From a virus, in the IMG/VR virus record IMGVR_UViG_3300019886_000004, positions 64,001 to 128,000 of that record: a DNA stretch of 64,000 nucleotides. One strand, given 5' to 3'. The translations under genes were made by a program, and so were the position numbers. A model generated the notes under the pieces. The model made no database searches. It was not told where the DNA came from and worked only from the letters and a program-made list of their open reading frames with translations. This document shows, in pieces, positions 47,765-58,600 of the stretch; within the stretch, counting starts at the first letter, position 1, and every line of letters starts with the position of its first letter.

Positions 47765-49398
47765 TGAATAAACTATACTTATTTCTACTTTTTTTAATCT
47801 TTTCCTTTAGTGTAAATGCTCAAGTAGGAAGAGATTTCTCTAATAGTATTAGTTTTTCTAGATGGGCTAAAGTTGGAGATGGTACCACAGATTACACAGG
47901 TGCATGGAATACTGCTATTAATTATATTATTTCTCATGATAAAGTTCTTGAGATACCAGAAGGAACTTATAATCTGGCTGGAATTTCAGATTTAGCTGGT
48001 ATTTTTGGTAATCCGGGTAGATTAAGAATACATGGTAGAGGACCATCCTCTATTTTGCTTGTTCCAGCTAAGACTTCTGCTCTTATAAATATTGCCAGCT
48101 CAGCTATTACAGCACTGGAAATAGATGGAATATACTTTAAAAGTACGCATGATACCACTAATGTTGGTAATGTTGCTTTATTGCTTCAAGGTACAGCTCC
48201 TAATTTAATAACCAATGTAAAAATAGCAAATTGCATATTTGAAGGTTTTACAACGGCTATCATTGGTAAAGGAGTTAGAGGTTTAGAAATATGTCATAAT
48301 ACATTCAAATCTCCTACTGGACATGACAATGCAACAACTACATCTAATCCAGCTATATTTATCCTTGCTGTGGACAACAATGCAACAGATTTAAATAAAA
48401 ATTGGAATATTCATGATAATTTCGTAGATGGTTATTCTGGAACGCTGTCCATTACTACTACTAAGACAGGTGGTCCAATGGATGGATTCTTCTATGGACA
48501 TGTAAGTGGATTAAATATTAACAATAATACAGTTCTAAATACAGGTCAAGAAGCAATTTATCCAAAAGTTAACATTTCTATAATTGATTCTGGTGTAACT
48601 TCTATAAAAAATAATATTATTTATTCATACATACCAACCGGAAGTAAGGATATGAACGGAGTGCTTATGAGATCTAATTACGCTATAAGAGCTGAGTCTC
48701 AACACTTATTAATAGAAGGTAATACCATACTAGGTGCAACAATCGGAATATGGTCTGATGCAACAAATGATGTCTTTCAATGCCGCGATTTAACAATAAA
48801 GGACAATCATATATTTTTTATAAGAGACACTACAAAAAGAGTACAGTATGGAACATATATTAGAGGAAATGCAAATGGATTTCGTTTTAAAAATGTTATA
48901 GTTAAAGGTAACATTTCTATTCTTGATAGTAGTTTTATATATAGTACATTTAGAAATATTGCATTAACATACGTAGATAGTGCTCAGGTTGAAGGCAATT
49001 CATTGAGTATTGTGAGGTTAACAAAATCAGGAGGAGGTACTCAAGGCATCTCTCTTTTATCTTCAGATAGTGCTTATATTGGAGTAAATATAATGAGAGG
49101 AGTAGATACTACCATAAACTCAGTTTCTTCTAGTTATGTAAATATACCTGTTGTAAGCGGAAGTGGAGGACCACCAACAGGATCTGCGGGTGGACGTCTT
49201 ACTGGTACTTATCCAAATCCATCTCTTGCTAATACAGCGGTAACTCCTGGAAGTTACACTAATGCAAATATAACGGTAGCACCAGATGGAACTATAAGCT
49301 CGGCAACTAATGGAACTGGAGGAGGTGGACTACTTTCAACATCAGCTGGTCAGCAGTGGCACCTAACATTTGATTCTGGAACTACAACGTGGTATTAA
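47764..49398 (+). CDS. Right-handed beta-helix (pectate-lyase-3-like) spike/depolymerase with Sec signal peptide
   Basis: GDGTTDYT...IPEGTY, parallel beta-helix repeats; C-terminal [11 protein letters not shown]...[12 protein letters not shown] fibre repeat; [19 protein letters not shown]|Q. Confidence 0.75.
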   Translation: MNKLYLFLLFLIFSFSVNAQVGRDFSNSISFSRWAKVGDGTTDYTGAWNTAINYIISHDKVLEIPEGTYNLAGISDLAGIFGNPGRLRIHGRGPSSILLVPAKTSALINIASSAITALEIDGIYFKSTHDTTNVGNVALLLQGTAPNLITNVKIANCIFEGFTTAIIGKGVRGLEICHNTFKSPTGHDNATTTSNPAIFILAVDNNATDLNKNWNIHDNFVDGYSGTLSITTTKTGGPMDGFFYGHVSGLNINNNTVLNTGQEAIYPKVNISIIDSGVTSIKNNIIYSYIPTGSKDMNGVLMRSNYAIRAESQHLLIEGNTILGATIGIWSDATNDVFQCRDLTIKDNHIFFIRDTTKRVQYGTYIRGNANGFRFKNVIVKGNISILDSSFIYSTFRNIALTYVDSAQVEGNSLSIVRLTKSGGGTQGISLLSSDSAYIGVNIMRGVDTTINSVSSSYVNIPVVSGSGGPPTGSAGGRLTGTYPNPSLANTAVTPGSYTNANITVAPDGTISSATNGTGGGGLLSTSAGQQWHLTFDSGTTTWY

Positions 49399-49408
49399 AA
49401 TATAAGAA

Positions 49409-49591
49409 ATGGCAGATCATCGTTCTATTTTATTGTGGCTCGGATCTAGTTTTACAACAGTAATTGGACTTATAACAGTGAATGATTTAGCAATTATGGT
49501 TGGTATAGCTGCAGGAATAGGTAGTTTAATATCAAGTGGAGTAAATATATACTTCAAATTTAAAAATAAAGGTAAAAAAGATATACAATAA
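49409..49591 (+). CDS. Small membrane protein (holin-like)
   Basis: 60 aa, two hydrophobic segments, basic C-terminus. Confidence 0.5.
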   Translation: MADHRSILLWLGSSFTTVIGLITVNDLAIMVGIAAGIGSLISSGVNIYFKFKNKGKKDIQ

Positions 49592-50952
49592 TGTCAATAC
49601 CGGTATCAAATTCATGCTGCGAACCACAAAGCTTAAAGCTAAATAACTCTACAGGTTATTTATCCATTTCCGATGGTAATAGTGTCTATTTAGGTACTAT
49701 AATAAAAGCATTAGGTATAAGTACACCTGTCATTGACTTCACTTTGGGTGGATTTATATTAACTTTGACTTATACAGATGCTGGTGGTGTTATACAACAT
49801 AAAAATGTAGACCTTTCAGCACTTGCTCAGGGTGGTAGTTTTAGTGTAGCAGATACTCCAACAACTCATTTAGTATATACTAATGGTGTTTTAACTGCAA
49901 ATGTAAACATATCAACTGCAACCAATAATTCTATATTAGCAAAAACAGATGGTATATGGGCTCCTAATTTTACTGAGACTATACTTACAACTACGGATAG
50001 TCCATCTATAGCCTTCACAACAAGTGGAGTAGATGGACATAATGTATCCGGATCAGTTAAGATATCTCAGACAGTAGGTAATAAAATTCAGATAGCTAGT
50101 GATGGATTATTAGTCAATGATATGACTACTTATTTGCTTGCTGGCACAAATATAACTTTAAGTGGTAGTGGTACTGCCTCATCTCCTTACATAATAACAG
50201 CAGGTGGTTTTTCTCAAGTACCTCTTTCTGTTAATGATAGTTCTTCCTTCCATTTTATTTCTTCTGGAACAAGCGGAATGACTTTAAGTGGTAATGTAAA
50301 AGTATCTGGATCTACAGCCAATGCGCTTATTGTTAATGCTGATGGTTTGTATGTACCGCAAGCAAGTACAAATAGTTATAGTGATGTTCAAGCAAGAGCA
50401 GCTATAAGCGCAATTGCACCTCTTTTGTATAATAATACAACTGGTGTAATGAGTTTAGCTCAAGCAACTAGTTCAACTAGTGGTTATCTTGCAAATGCAG
50501 ATTGGCTTACTTTTAATGGTAAGATATCTACAGGAGCTTCAATAGGAACAGCTAGCTCAGTACCTGTATATGCAGGACAAAATGGGACTACTTTAAACTT
50601 TAATGGTTTAAGAGCTGGCACAAATGTAACACTTAACCAGTCTGGTAATGATATAGTTATTAATGCATCCAGTAGTGGTGGAGGTACACCTTCAAGTGTA
50701 TTCTCTATAGACTTTATAGTTGGTGATGGTGGAGCATTAACTCCAACAGCTAATGCATCTCAGTTTAATCCTTCTTCAAATCCTTTAGCGGGTAAAACAA
50801 TACTTGGTTTTTGGGTAGAAGGTATTAAGACAGCTGGAGTTCCGAGAACTGGAGGAGAACTATATTTTACTTTTAGTCAATCGGTTGGAACTATAACTCT
50901 TACAAATGGAGTTTTTTCCTTAGATACATATTATTCAATACTTTATAAATAA
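49591..50952 (+). CDS. Putative fibre/decoration protein (no signal peptide), paralog of 46214
   Basis: Shared N-domain (LxLxxxTGxLSxSxxNSxxL...KNVDLS); internal repeats; SGYLANADWLTFNGK fibre motif. Confidence 0.6.
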   Translation: MSIPVSNSCCEPQSLKLNNSTGYLSISDGNSVYLGTIIKALGISTPVIDFTLGGFILTLTYTDAGGVIQHKNVDLSALAQGGSFSVADTPTTHLVYTNGVLTANVNISTATNNSILAKTDGIWAPNFTETILTTTDSPSIAFTTSGVDGHNVSGSVKISQTVGNKIQIASDGLLVNDMTTYLLAGTNITLSGSGTASSPYIITAGGFSQVPLSVNDSSSFHFISSGTSGMTLSGNVKVSGSTANALIVNADGLYVPQASTNSYSDVQARAAISAIAPLLYNNTTGVMSLAQATSSTSGYLANADWLTFNGKISTGASIGTASSVPVYAGQNGTTLNFNGLRAGTNVTLNQSGNDIVINASSSGGGTPSSVFSIDFIVGDGGALTPTANASQFNPSSNPLAGKTILGFWVEGIKTAGVPRTGGELYFTFSQSVGTITLTNGVFSLDTYYSILYK

Positions 50953-53900
50953 TGAAAAAATTATTTAAATTCATACTGCTCCTTACTTTACCTTTCCTAT
51001 TACCTAAGATATCTTTTGGACAAACAGGTGTTCAGTGGTTAGGTACTAAGGATAATGTTGTTGTTACTAGAAATATAGCAAGAGAAGATAGTGCTCATGA
51101 ATTTGCGCTAACTGATACTAGCAAGCACCCAGCACGTCCAGGTAGAATGATATCTTTTAATGGATCTCCTTACTGGTGGAATGGTATTTTCTGGTATAGA
51201 CTAAACGGTGATACTTCAACAGTACCTGGCCAAGTTAATGCTGACTGGACAGCTACCACTGGTGTGGCTCTTATTTTACATAAACCAACCTTTGCAACTG
51301 TTGCTACAACTGGATCATATACAGATTTAATAAATCCACCAACAATACCTGCAGCTCAGGTTGCTGTGGATTGGAACGCAGCTAGTGGTATAACTCATAT
51401 TTTAAATAAACCAAGAATAACAGATTCAATATGGAGAGTTATAGGTAAGGACTCTATACTATTCAGAATAGTTGGACCAGATGGAGTTGTTAGAAACTAT
51501 TCAATACTTGACTCCGCTGGTGGAGCAGGAGGAGGCGGAGGAGGGACTGTATTTAGCGTGGCAGCAGCAAATCTTACACCTTTATTCTCAACAAATGTTG
51601 CAACTGCAACAACTAATCCAAGCATTACTTTTACTTTAAATAACGCAGCAGCACATACATTCTTCGGAAATAACACTGGATCAACTGGACCACCTACATA
51701 CTCTACAATAGGTTTGGGAGATCTTCCAACTATTCCATTAACAAAAACAGATGTTACAAATGGTATTGGTATATCAGCTATAGTTAGTGGTGTGATAAAA
51801 GTAGATACAAGTGTAATAGGTTATCCTAAATTCATATCGATTTCTAGGAGTCCTAATACAGATAGTGTTTATTACACAGTTAAAACTAATGCAGCTACTA
51901 CTGTAAAGACACTTGGTTTAATAGATAGTGTGAGATATACTAGTATTGGACTTGCTGGAACTACTAATTTAGGTTATCAAACAGGACCTTCTAGTTTCTA
52001 TACTAGAAAAGTTAGACCAGGTACCAATACTGCTTTTACAGCAGATACTGATAGTACACTTGTAATAGCGAGTACATTAACTAATGTAATCAATACTTTA
52101 CAAGTAATAAATTCTGGTGCTGCTAGAAGTATTCAAGTTGGTACATTTTCTGGAAGACCTACTGGTAATACTGGAGATTTTTATGTGGTAAGTGACTCTA
52201 GCTATCGTGAAAGTTATAAAACTGCTAGTGGATGGATATGGATGACAGTAAGTCCTAAGCAACTAGCAGATAGTTTTGCTATTGTTGACACGGTAAAAAT
52301 AGCACATGTTGCTCCAATAAGTAACCTTTATACGAATAGTAATGGAACAACAATAGTTGATGTAGGTTCCAGACAGGGTTGGGGTATGTTAATAACCAAA
52401 TTAACTGACTCTAGTAATCAGTACATGGTTGATAGTAATGCCATAAAAGTCTTAGTTGGATCTGGAGTTACAAGTAGTGTTCAGAGTCAATTTTCTGTTT
52501 CGGGTAATGGCACATCAGCCAATAAACTACAGTTAGTTAATGACTCAGCTGCTGGACCTAATTATGCCTATTATCGAAATAGTGCTGGAAGGCTTGGTTG
52601 GTATCCAATAATTAATGGTCCATTAGCCACACCATCTAGTCCGGGTTTTCTTTCAGCTAATGATTATATAACTATACATACTAGAATAACAGCTATAAAT
52701 GCTCCAGGATCTGGAGATAGTTTAATGTATGCGGTTCCAACAGCTGACACTTTAGTCACTAAAAGAATAATAAAAGGTTATGGATTACTGGCCACAGTAA
52801 CTCAAAATAATATTAAATATGATGTAGATACAACTACATTAAAAGCTGTATTTGGAGCTGGTTCTGGAAGTGGATTAGGTACTGTTACTAGTTTTTCTAG
52901 TGGTAATCTAAATCCGTTATTTACTACCAGTGTAGCAACAGCTACAACTACTCCAACACAAACATTTACATTATCTAATGCTGGTCCTTATATGGTATTT
53001 GGAAATAATAGTGGATCAACAACTACTCCTTCTTACTTTACTCCTATTTTAGCTAGTCTTCTATATCAAAACCAAGGAACTACAACTACATTGCTTCATG
53101 GTAATGGGGTAGGTGCACCTAGTTGGTCTACTTTAAATTTAGCTAGTGAAGTATCAAATGTGTTAGGTACTACAAATGGTGGTACAAACATAAGTTCTTA
53201 TGCACTTGGAGATATCATTTATTCTAATGGTACTAATTCTCTAGCCAAATTAGCTGGTAATGTTACAACAGGCAAACAAGTACTCATTCAAACAGGTAAC
53301 GGATCTATATCTGCAGCGCCAGTTTGGGGTAATTTGACAAATGTTGATGTGGGATTGGGAAATGTTGAAAATACAGCATTATCTACTTGGTCTGGATCCA
53401 CTAATATAACAACATTAGGTACAATAGGTACAGGTGTATGGAATGGTACTATTATTGATGCTGTACGTGGTGGTACCGGACACGGTTCTTATACTATAGG
53501 TGATGTTCTAGTAGCTAATAGCACTACAACATTAGGTTTAGTAAGTGACGTAGCGGCAGGCAATGTATTTTTATCCGGAGGTGTAGGTGCACAACCTACT
53601 TATGGTAAAGTTAATCTTGGTACAATGATAACAGGTAATCTTCCTGTTGCTAACTTAAATAATGGTTCTGGAGCTAGTGCTTCAACAGTCTGGACAGGCA
53701 ATGGCACATGGCAACCCTTTAACACAACCCTTTACAGTGGTGATGGAACTCTTGCTAGCAATAGAACTGTTACAATGGCATCTAACTCTCTTACTTTTAC
53801 AGGAGGTAGTAAAGTCACTTTCAATCAGGCTGTTCAAATAGCCGATGGTACACAAGGTACTAGTAAAGTTTTTACTTCTGATGCTAGTGGTAATGGAGCG

Positions 53901-54275
53901 TGGGGACTAGTAATTGCTTCTGGTGTTTATACACCTACTATTACTAATTCAACAAATGTAGCATCTAGCACTTTTTCTAGTGCTTTTTATAAAAGAATTG
54001 GTAATGTAGTTGAGGTAACTATTACATTTGGTATGGTATGTACCACTGCTGGTGTTCCTACTACTATAACTTTTACAACACCACCTGGTTTGACTGGAGT
54101 TTGGTCGTCAAGCACATCATTCTTAGGTATTGGTAGTTATGGTGTTAATGGAGTATATACACCTGGTGTAGCTATATTTTCCGGAACCTCTGGTGGTATA
54201 GTAGCTTTTCAATGTAATGGTCTATCCGGTAGTTCTAATAGTGGATGTATTAAATTCACCTATTCACTTATATAA
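50952..54275 (+). CDS. Long tail-fibre-like protein with Sec signal peptide
   Basis: QVxxDWxAxxGxxxILxKP repeats, duplicated 55-aa GTVxS...TFTL repeat, DVGLGNVENT, GGTG repeats, VFTSDASGNGAW; MKKLFKFILLLTLPFLLPKISFG|Q. Confidence 0.7.
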   Translation: MKKLFKFILLLTLPFLLPKISFGQTGVQWLGTKDNVVVTRNIAREDSAHEFALTDTSKHPARPGRMISFNGSPYWWNGIFWYRLNGDTSTVPGQVNADWTATTGVALILHKPTFATVATTGSYTDLINPPTIPAAQVAVDWNAASGITHILNKPRITDSIWRVIGKDSILFRIVGPDGVVRNYSILDSAGGAGGGGGGTVFSVAAANLTPLFSTNVATATTNPSITFTLNNAAAHTFFGNNTGSTGPPTYSTIGLGDLPTIPLTKTDVTNGIGISAIVSGVIKVDTSVIGYPKFISISRSPNTDSVYYTVKTNAATTVKTLGLIDSVRYTSIGLAGTTNLGYQTGPSSFYTRKVRPGTNTAFTADTDSTLVIASTLTNVINTLQVINSGAARSIQVGTFSGRPTGNTGDFYVVSDSSYRESYKTASGWIWMTVSPKQLADSFAIVDTVKIAHVAPISNLYTNSNGTTIVDVGSRQGWGMLITKLTDSSNQYMVDSNAIKVLVGSGVTSSVQSQFSVSGNGTSANKLQLVNDSAAGPNYAYYRNSAGRLGWYPIINGPLATPSSPGFLSANDYITIHTRITAINAPGSGDSLMYAVPTADTLVTKRIIKGYGLLATVTQNNIKYDVDTTTLKAVFGAGSGSGLGTVTSFSSGNLNPLFTTSVATATTTPTQTFTLSNAGPYMVFGNNSGSTTTPSYFTPILASLLYQNQGTTTTLLHGNGVGAPSWSTLNLASEVSNVLGTTNGGTNISSYALGDIIYSNGTNSLAKLAGNVTTGKQVLIQTGNGSISAAPVWGNLTNVDVGLGNVENTALSTWSGSTNITTLGTIGTGVWNGTIIDAVRGGTGHGSYTIGDVLVANSTTTLGLVSDVAAGNVFLSGGVGAQPTYGKVNLGTMITGNLPVANLNNGSGASASTVWTGNGTWQPFNTTLYSGDGTLASNRTVTMASNSLTFTGGSKVTFNQAVQIADGTQGTSKVFTSDASGNGAWGLVIASGVYTPTITNSTNVASSTFSSAFYKRIGNVVEVTITFGMVCTTAGVPTTITFTTPPGLTGVWSSSTSFLGIGSYGVNGVYTPGVAIFSGTSGGIVAFQCNGLSGSSNSGCIKFTYSLI

Positions 54276-54283
54276 CAATTAGT

Positions 54284-55609
54284 ATGAAAAAATTATTATA
54301 TCTCTTTTTATTTTTAATACCTGTGTTTAGTTTCGGTCAATTACCAATACTAAATTTGAGTAATATGGTGCAACCAGGTAATACACCATCTATATCTATT
54401 GCTACAAGCTCTATAACATTTGCACCAATAGTATCTGGTAATAGTTCTGCGTCCCAGAATACAACAACTACAGCTGCTAATCTAACAAATCCCGGATCAA
54501 TAACTTCTCCAGGTACATGGTTAGAATTATCCTTTAATAATAGTACTCCCTGGTCATCTAGTTTAAGTCTTCCAATAACATCAGGTAACTGGACTGGAGC
54601 ACCGGTAGTATTTTATTTTAGAGTAACTTCCGTAGCTCCTGTTGGTCCTAACACTGGTAATATAACAGTAGCATCAAGTGGAGCATCACCTAAAACTATA
54701 GCTGTTACTGCAACAGTAACGTCTCCAGGAGCGTCTTTAAATGCTAGTCCGTTATCTTTTACAGGTATGTCTGCTGTGGCTGGTACTCAAGGATCAAGTG
54801 TTAACTATCTTTTAACCGGATCTAATTTGGGTGCAAATAATGTAACAGTAACTGCTCCAACTAATTTTTTAGTATCTAAAGATAATTCATCTTTTGCTAC
54901 TTCACAAGTAGTAACCCCTAGTAGTGGATCTGTTAATCAAACTATATATACAGCAATAGCTTCTACAGCCCTAGCTGGAGCAGTATCTGGTAATATATCA
55001 AATGTTGTTTCAGGTGCAAGTACAGTTAATGTATCAGTTTCAGGCGTTGTAAGTTCTCCAAGTTCAGCTGATAGTATAAATGTCAATTTTTGGAATAGTG
55101 CAAATGGTAATGTTAATCCGGCTAATGGTTGGAATAATATAGCTTTAATTGAGTCAGGTTCACCTCAAACAAGTGCTACTTTACTTAGAACTACAGGTGT
55201 CTCTTCTGGAGTGACTGTAACTATAAGCACTGTAGATCTTTTATTTGATAATTTTGATAATGGTGCTGGATATGGCAATGCCACCACTCTTCCTATACCA
55301 CCTGTTGTATGGAGAATAGAGGCTGTTTCTACCGCATCTGAAGCTGTTACCTTAACACTTAATGGATTAGTAGTTGGACATCATTATAACTTCTTGATAG
55401 GTTCTGGTGCTAACACAGGTACAGCAAGACCACAATCCTTTGCAATACCTGGTCAAACTACTCAAAATTTAGATGCTAGACAAAATATAAATACTTTAGT
55501 TTCATTTACTAGTATAACAGCAGGAGCTACTTCACTCGTACTTACTGTAACACCAACAAGTGGAGCTTCTACTTCACTTAATTTCTTCCAGTTAGTAGAT
55601 AATCATTAA
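54284..55609 (+). CDS. Exported Ig-like (beta-sandwich) repeat protein
   Basis: Signal peptide ...VFSFG|Q; two Ig-like repeats and a C-terminal INVNF... lectin/CBM-like domain. Confidence 0.65.
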   Translation: MKKLLYLFLFLIPVFSFGQLPILNLSNMVQPGNTPSISIATSSITFAPIVSGNSSASQNTTTTAANLTNPGSITSPGTWLELSFNNSTPWSSSLSLPITSGNWTGAPVVFYFRVTSVAPVGPNTGNITVASSGASPKTIAVTATVTSPGASLNASPLSFTGMSAVAGTQGSSVNYLLTGSNLGANNVTVTAPTNFLVSKDNSSFATSQVVTPSSGSVNQTIYTAIASTALAGAVSGNISNVVSGASTVNVSVSGVVSSPSSADSINVNFWNSANGNVNPANGWNNIALIESGSPQTSATLLRTTGVSSGVTVTISTVDLLFDNFDNGAGYGNATTLPIPPVVWRIEAVSTASEAVTLTLNGLVVGHHYNFLIGSGANTGTARPQSFAIPGQTTQNLDARQNINTLVSFTSITAGATSLVLTVTPTSGASTSLNFFQLVDNH

Positions 55610-55611
55610 TA

Positions 55612-58600
55612 ATGAGGAAATTACTATTTCTAATATTATCTTTTATAGGTTTTTATGCTAATGCTCAGGTAGAGTCTACAATCTCAGTGCCTTATACTAG
55701 TTCTGCTAGTCCTACTTTTCAGGCATTATTATATTTACCTTCTGATTATAATACTACAAGTGGTAATTATCCTTTGATAATTTTCTGCCATGGTTCTGGA
55801 GAATCATGTCCTCCTCTAAGTAATATTTATAATAGCTCAAGCGCTGGTGGACCACCTTATGAAATAGAACATGGAACCTGGCCAACTGATGGAGGTTTCA
55901 TAAACCCAAAAGATGGCCTAAAATATAAGTTTATAGTTGTTTCTCCTCAATCTGCTTGTAATAGCTGGTCTGCATCTGGAGATCAAATAGAGAACATAAA
56001 AATCTATTTAGTTACACACTATAGAATAGATATAAATAGAATTTACGGCACCGGTTTGTCTTCTGGTGGTGGTGGTATGATAGAAAATGTATCTCATCAA
56101 AACGGTAATGAAACAGGACCTGTCTTCACACCTACATATCCTTTTGCTGCTGTTGTTCCAATGAGCCCTGCTACTAATAGTCCTCAGCAATCATGGATGG
56201 CTACAATGGTTCATGACAGTACCTCTGGATGGTGGTTTGGTGACCAGTCTGGTGACACTTATGGAGAATGGGCTTTAAATGAAATTAATTTTGTCAATGC
56301 TATTAAAACAAACTATGCTAGATTAACAGGTCATCCTGGAACTAGTGGACAAAATAGCTTTACAACAGGTCATGGCCCTTGGAGACCATTTTATATTCCA
56401 ACATATACAGAAACATTTGTAGCTGTTGGTATGACTACACCAGCTACTATGAATATGTACCAGTGGTTTTTAACACAAACCAGACCAGGAGCAGTAGTAA
56501 CAACTCCAACAGCTAACGCTGGATCAAATCAAAATATAACATTACCAACAAACTCTGCTACGTTAAGTGGCTCAGGTACGCCAGGTAGTGGACATCTAAT
56601 AAGTTCGTATGGTTGGACGCAAATTTCTGGACCTAATACTGCTAATATTAATCCATCTAGTTCAACTACTACTGGATCTACCACTGTGAGTGGACTTATT
56701 GCTGGAACTTACGTTTTTCAATTAACAGTAACTAATAATATATCAGCTACTGCTACTAGTACTGTTTCAGTAACAGTTAATCCAGCGCCTGCTCCAACAG
56801 CCAACGCAGGACCAGATCGTACATTGGTCTTACCAACTACGACTTTAACATTAGATGGGTCCGCATCAAGTAATACTACTTCTTACAGTTGGACTTTCAT
56901 ATCCGGACCAGGCACTCCAACTATAGTTTCTCCTACTTCTGCTATAACAAATATAAATAATTTATCAGCAGTTGGAGTTTATATATTTCAGCTTTCTGTA
57001 AATGGTGGAGTAAGTACAGATAGAGCAAACGTAACAGTTAATGCTGCATCTACTTATCCCGCCTGTGGGACTGGAACTAAATATACTCCAGTACCAGATC
57101 CATCTGATTCAGGTGTGTTTATAGGTGTATCATCTGCTGCCAACTATAAACCTGGTGATACTATTGTTTTAAGTAGTGCTTTTAAATGGAGTTATTTCGA
57201 AATGGATGGATATCAAGGTAATCCTTCTTGTCCATTAGTAATTATAAATGATGTAGGTATAACTAAACTAAGAAAGTTTATACGTCTAGATGGTTGTACA
57301 TACATAAAAATAGTTGGAGGTGGTAATTCAGGTAATTTCTATGGTTTATTTATAGAATACGATCCTGTAAATATATGGCAAGGATTTGCTGGTATACAAC
57401 TAGTTGGAAGAACTTCTAACATAGAAGTAACAAGAGTATTTACACACCACACAGACATTGGTATAGTTTGTGAGAATAATGGTAGTTGTGATCCCAGTCA
57501 AAATTATCCTAATTGGATAATAGATTCAATTTTTATACATGATAACAAAATTGTTGGCACCTGGAATGAAGGGATGTATATTGGTAATACCGCTCCAGAC
57601 AATCAAGGTAATGATTTAAGACCAGTAGTTTGTCCGATTGGTGTTGGTGGTGCAGATAGCACTATTTATCCAGCTCCAGCTAAAAATGGATATACAAAAA
57701 TTTGGAACAATATAGTAGATACAACTGGGAGAGGTGGTATACAGTTAGCTAATGCAATAAATGGTCCTAGTGAGATATATAACAATACTGTCAGTCATAA
57801 TGGAATAAATGGAGATGATGCTCAAGGAGCAGCCATTAACTTAGGATTATACACACAAGTGTATGTTCATGACAATACAATAAGTAATACTTATACATGG
57901 GGTATATCTAGTATAGGATCGGGAGCTACTAATAAGCCTGTTAGACTAGAGAATAATCATATTGATAGTTCGGGTTTCTTAAGAACTTTTGATCTATCTC
58001 AAACTAGTAGAGATCATTATAATCCTGCTACAGAACCAAGTTTTATTGATAGTTTACCTTGGCCTTATCCTTTATTTATAGATACAAGACCTCGCCATTA
58101 TACTACAGATTCACCACATCCTGGTACAGCAATAGTTGGACAAGATAGTACTCAATTCTGGATAAAAAATAATGTAGTAGGATTATTTAAAGCAGTAACA
58201 AGAACTGATGGTGGGGCAACTGCAGCTATTCAAATACAAGATGACTTCCTAGGTATACAAAAATTTGGTAATATAATTTGTAACAATACAAATAAGAATG
58301 GTAGTCCTGCTACAATATTTGTAGATAATAGTAATGGTACAATAAATTATTCTACAAACTGTTCTGCTCCTCCTACAGTAAATGCTGGTACAGATCAGTT
58401 CCTGTCTAGTGGATCAACTAGTGTTAACTTGGTTGGCACAGCGGTTCCAACAAGTGGAGCAACTATAACACAAGTTACATGGACACAACTTTCTGGTAGT
58501 AATCCGGTTTCGATAGGTTCTCTACATTCTCTTAATACAATAGCAACTGGACTTACACCATCAGGAGTTTATACGTTTAGATTATTTGCACTAGATAGTA

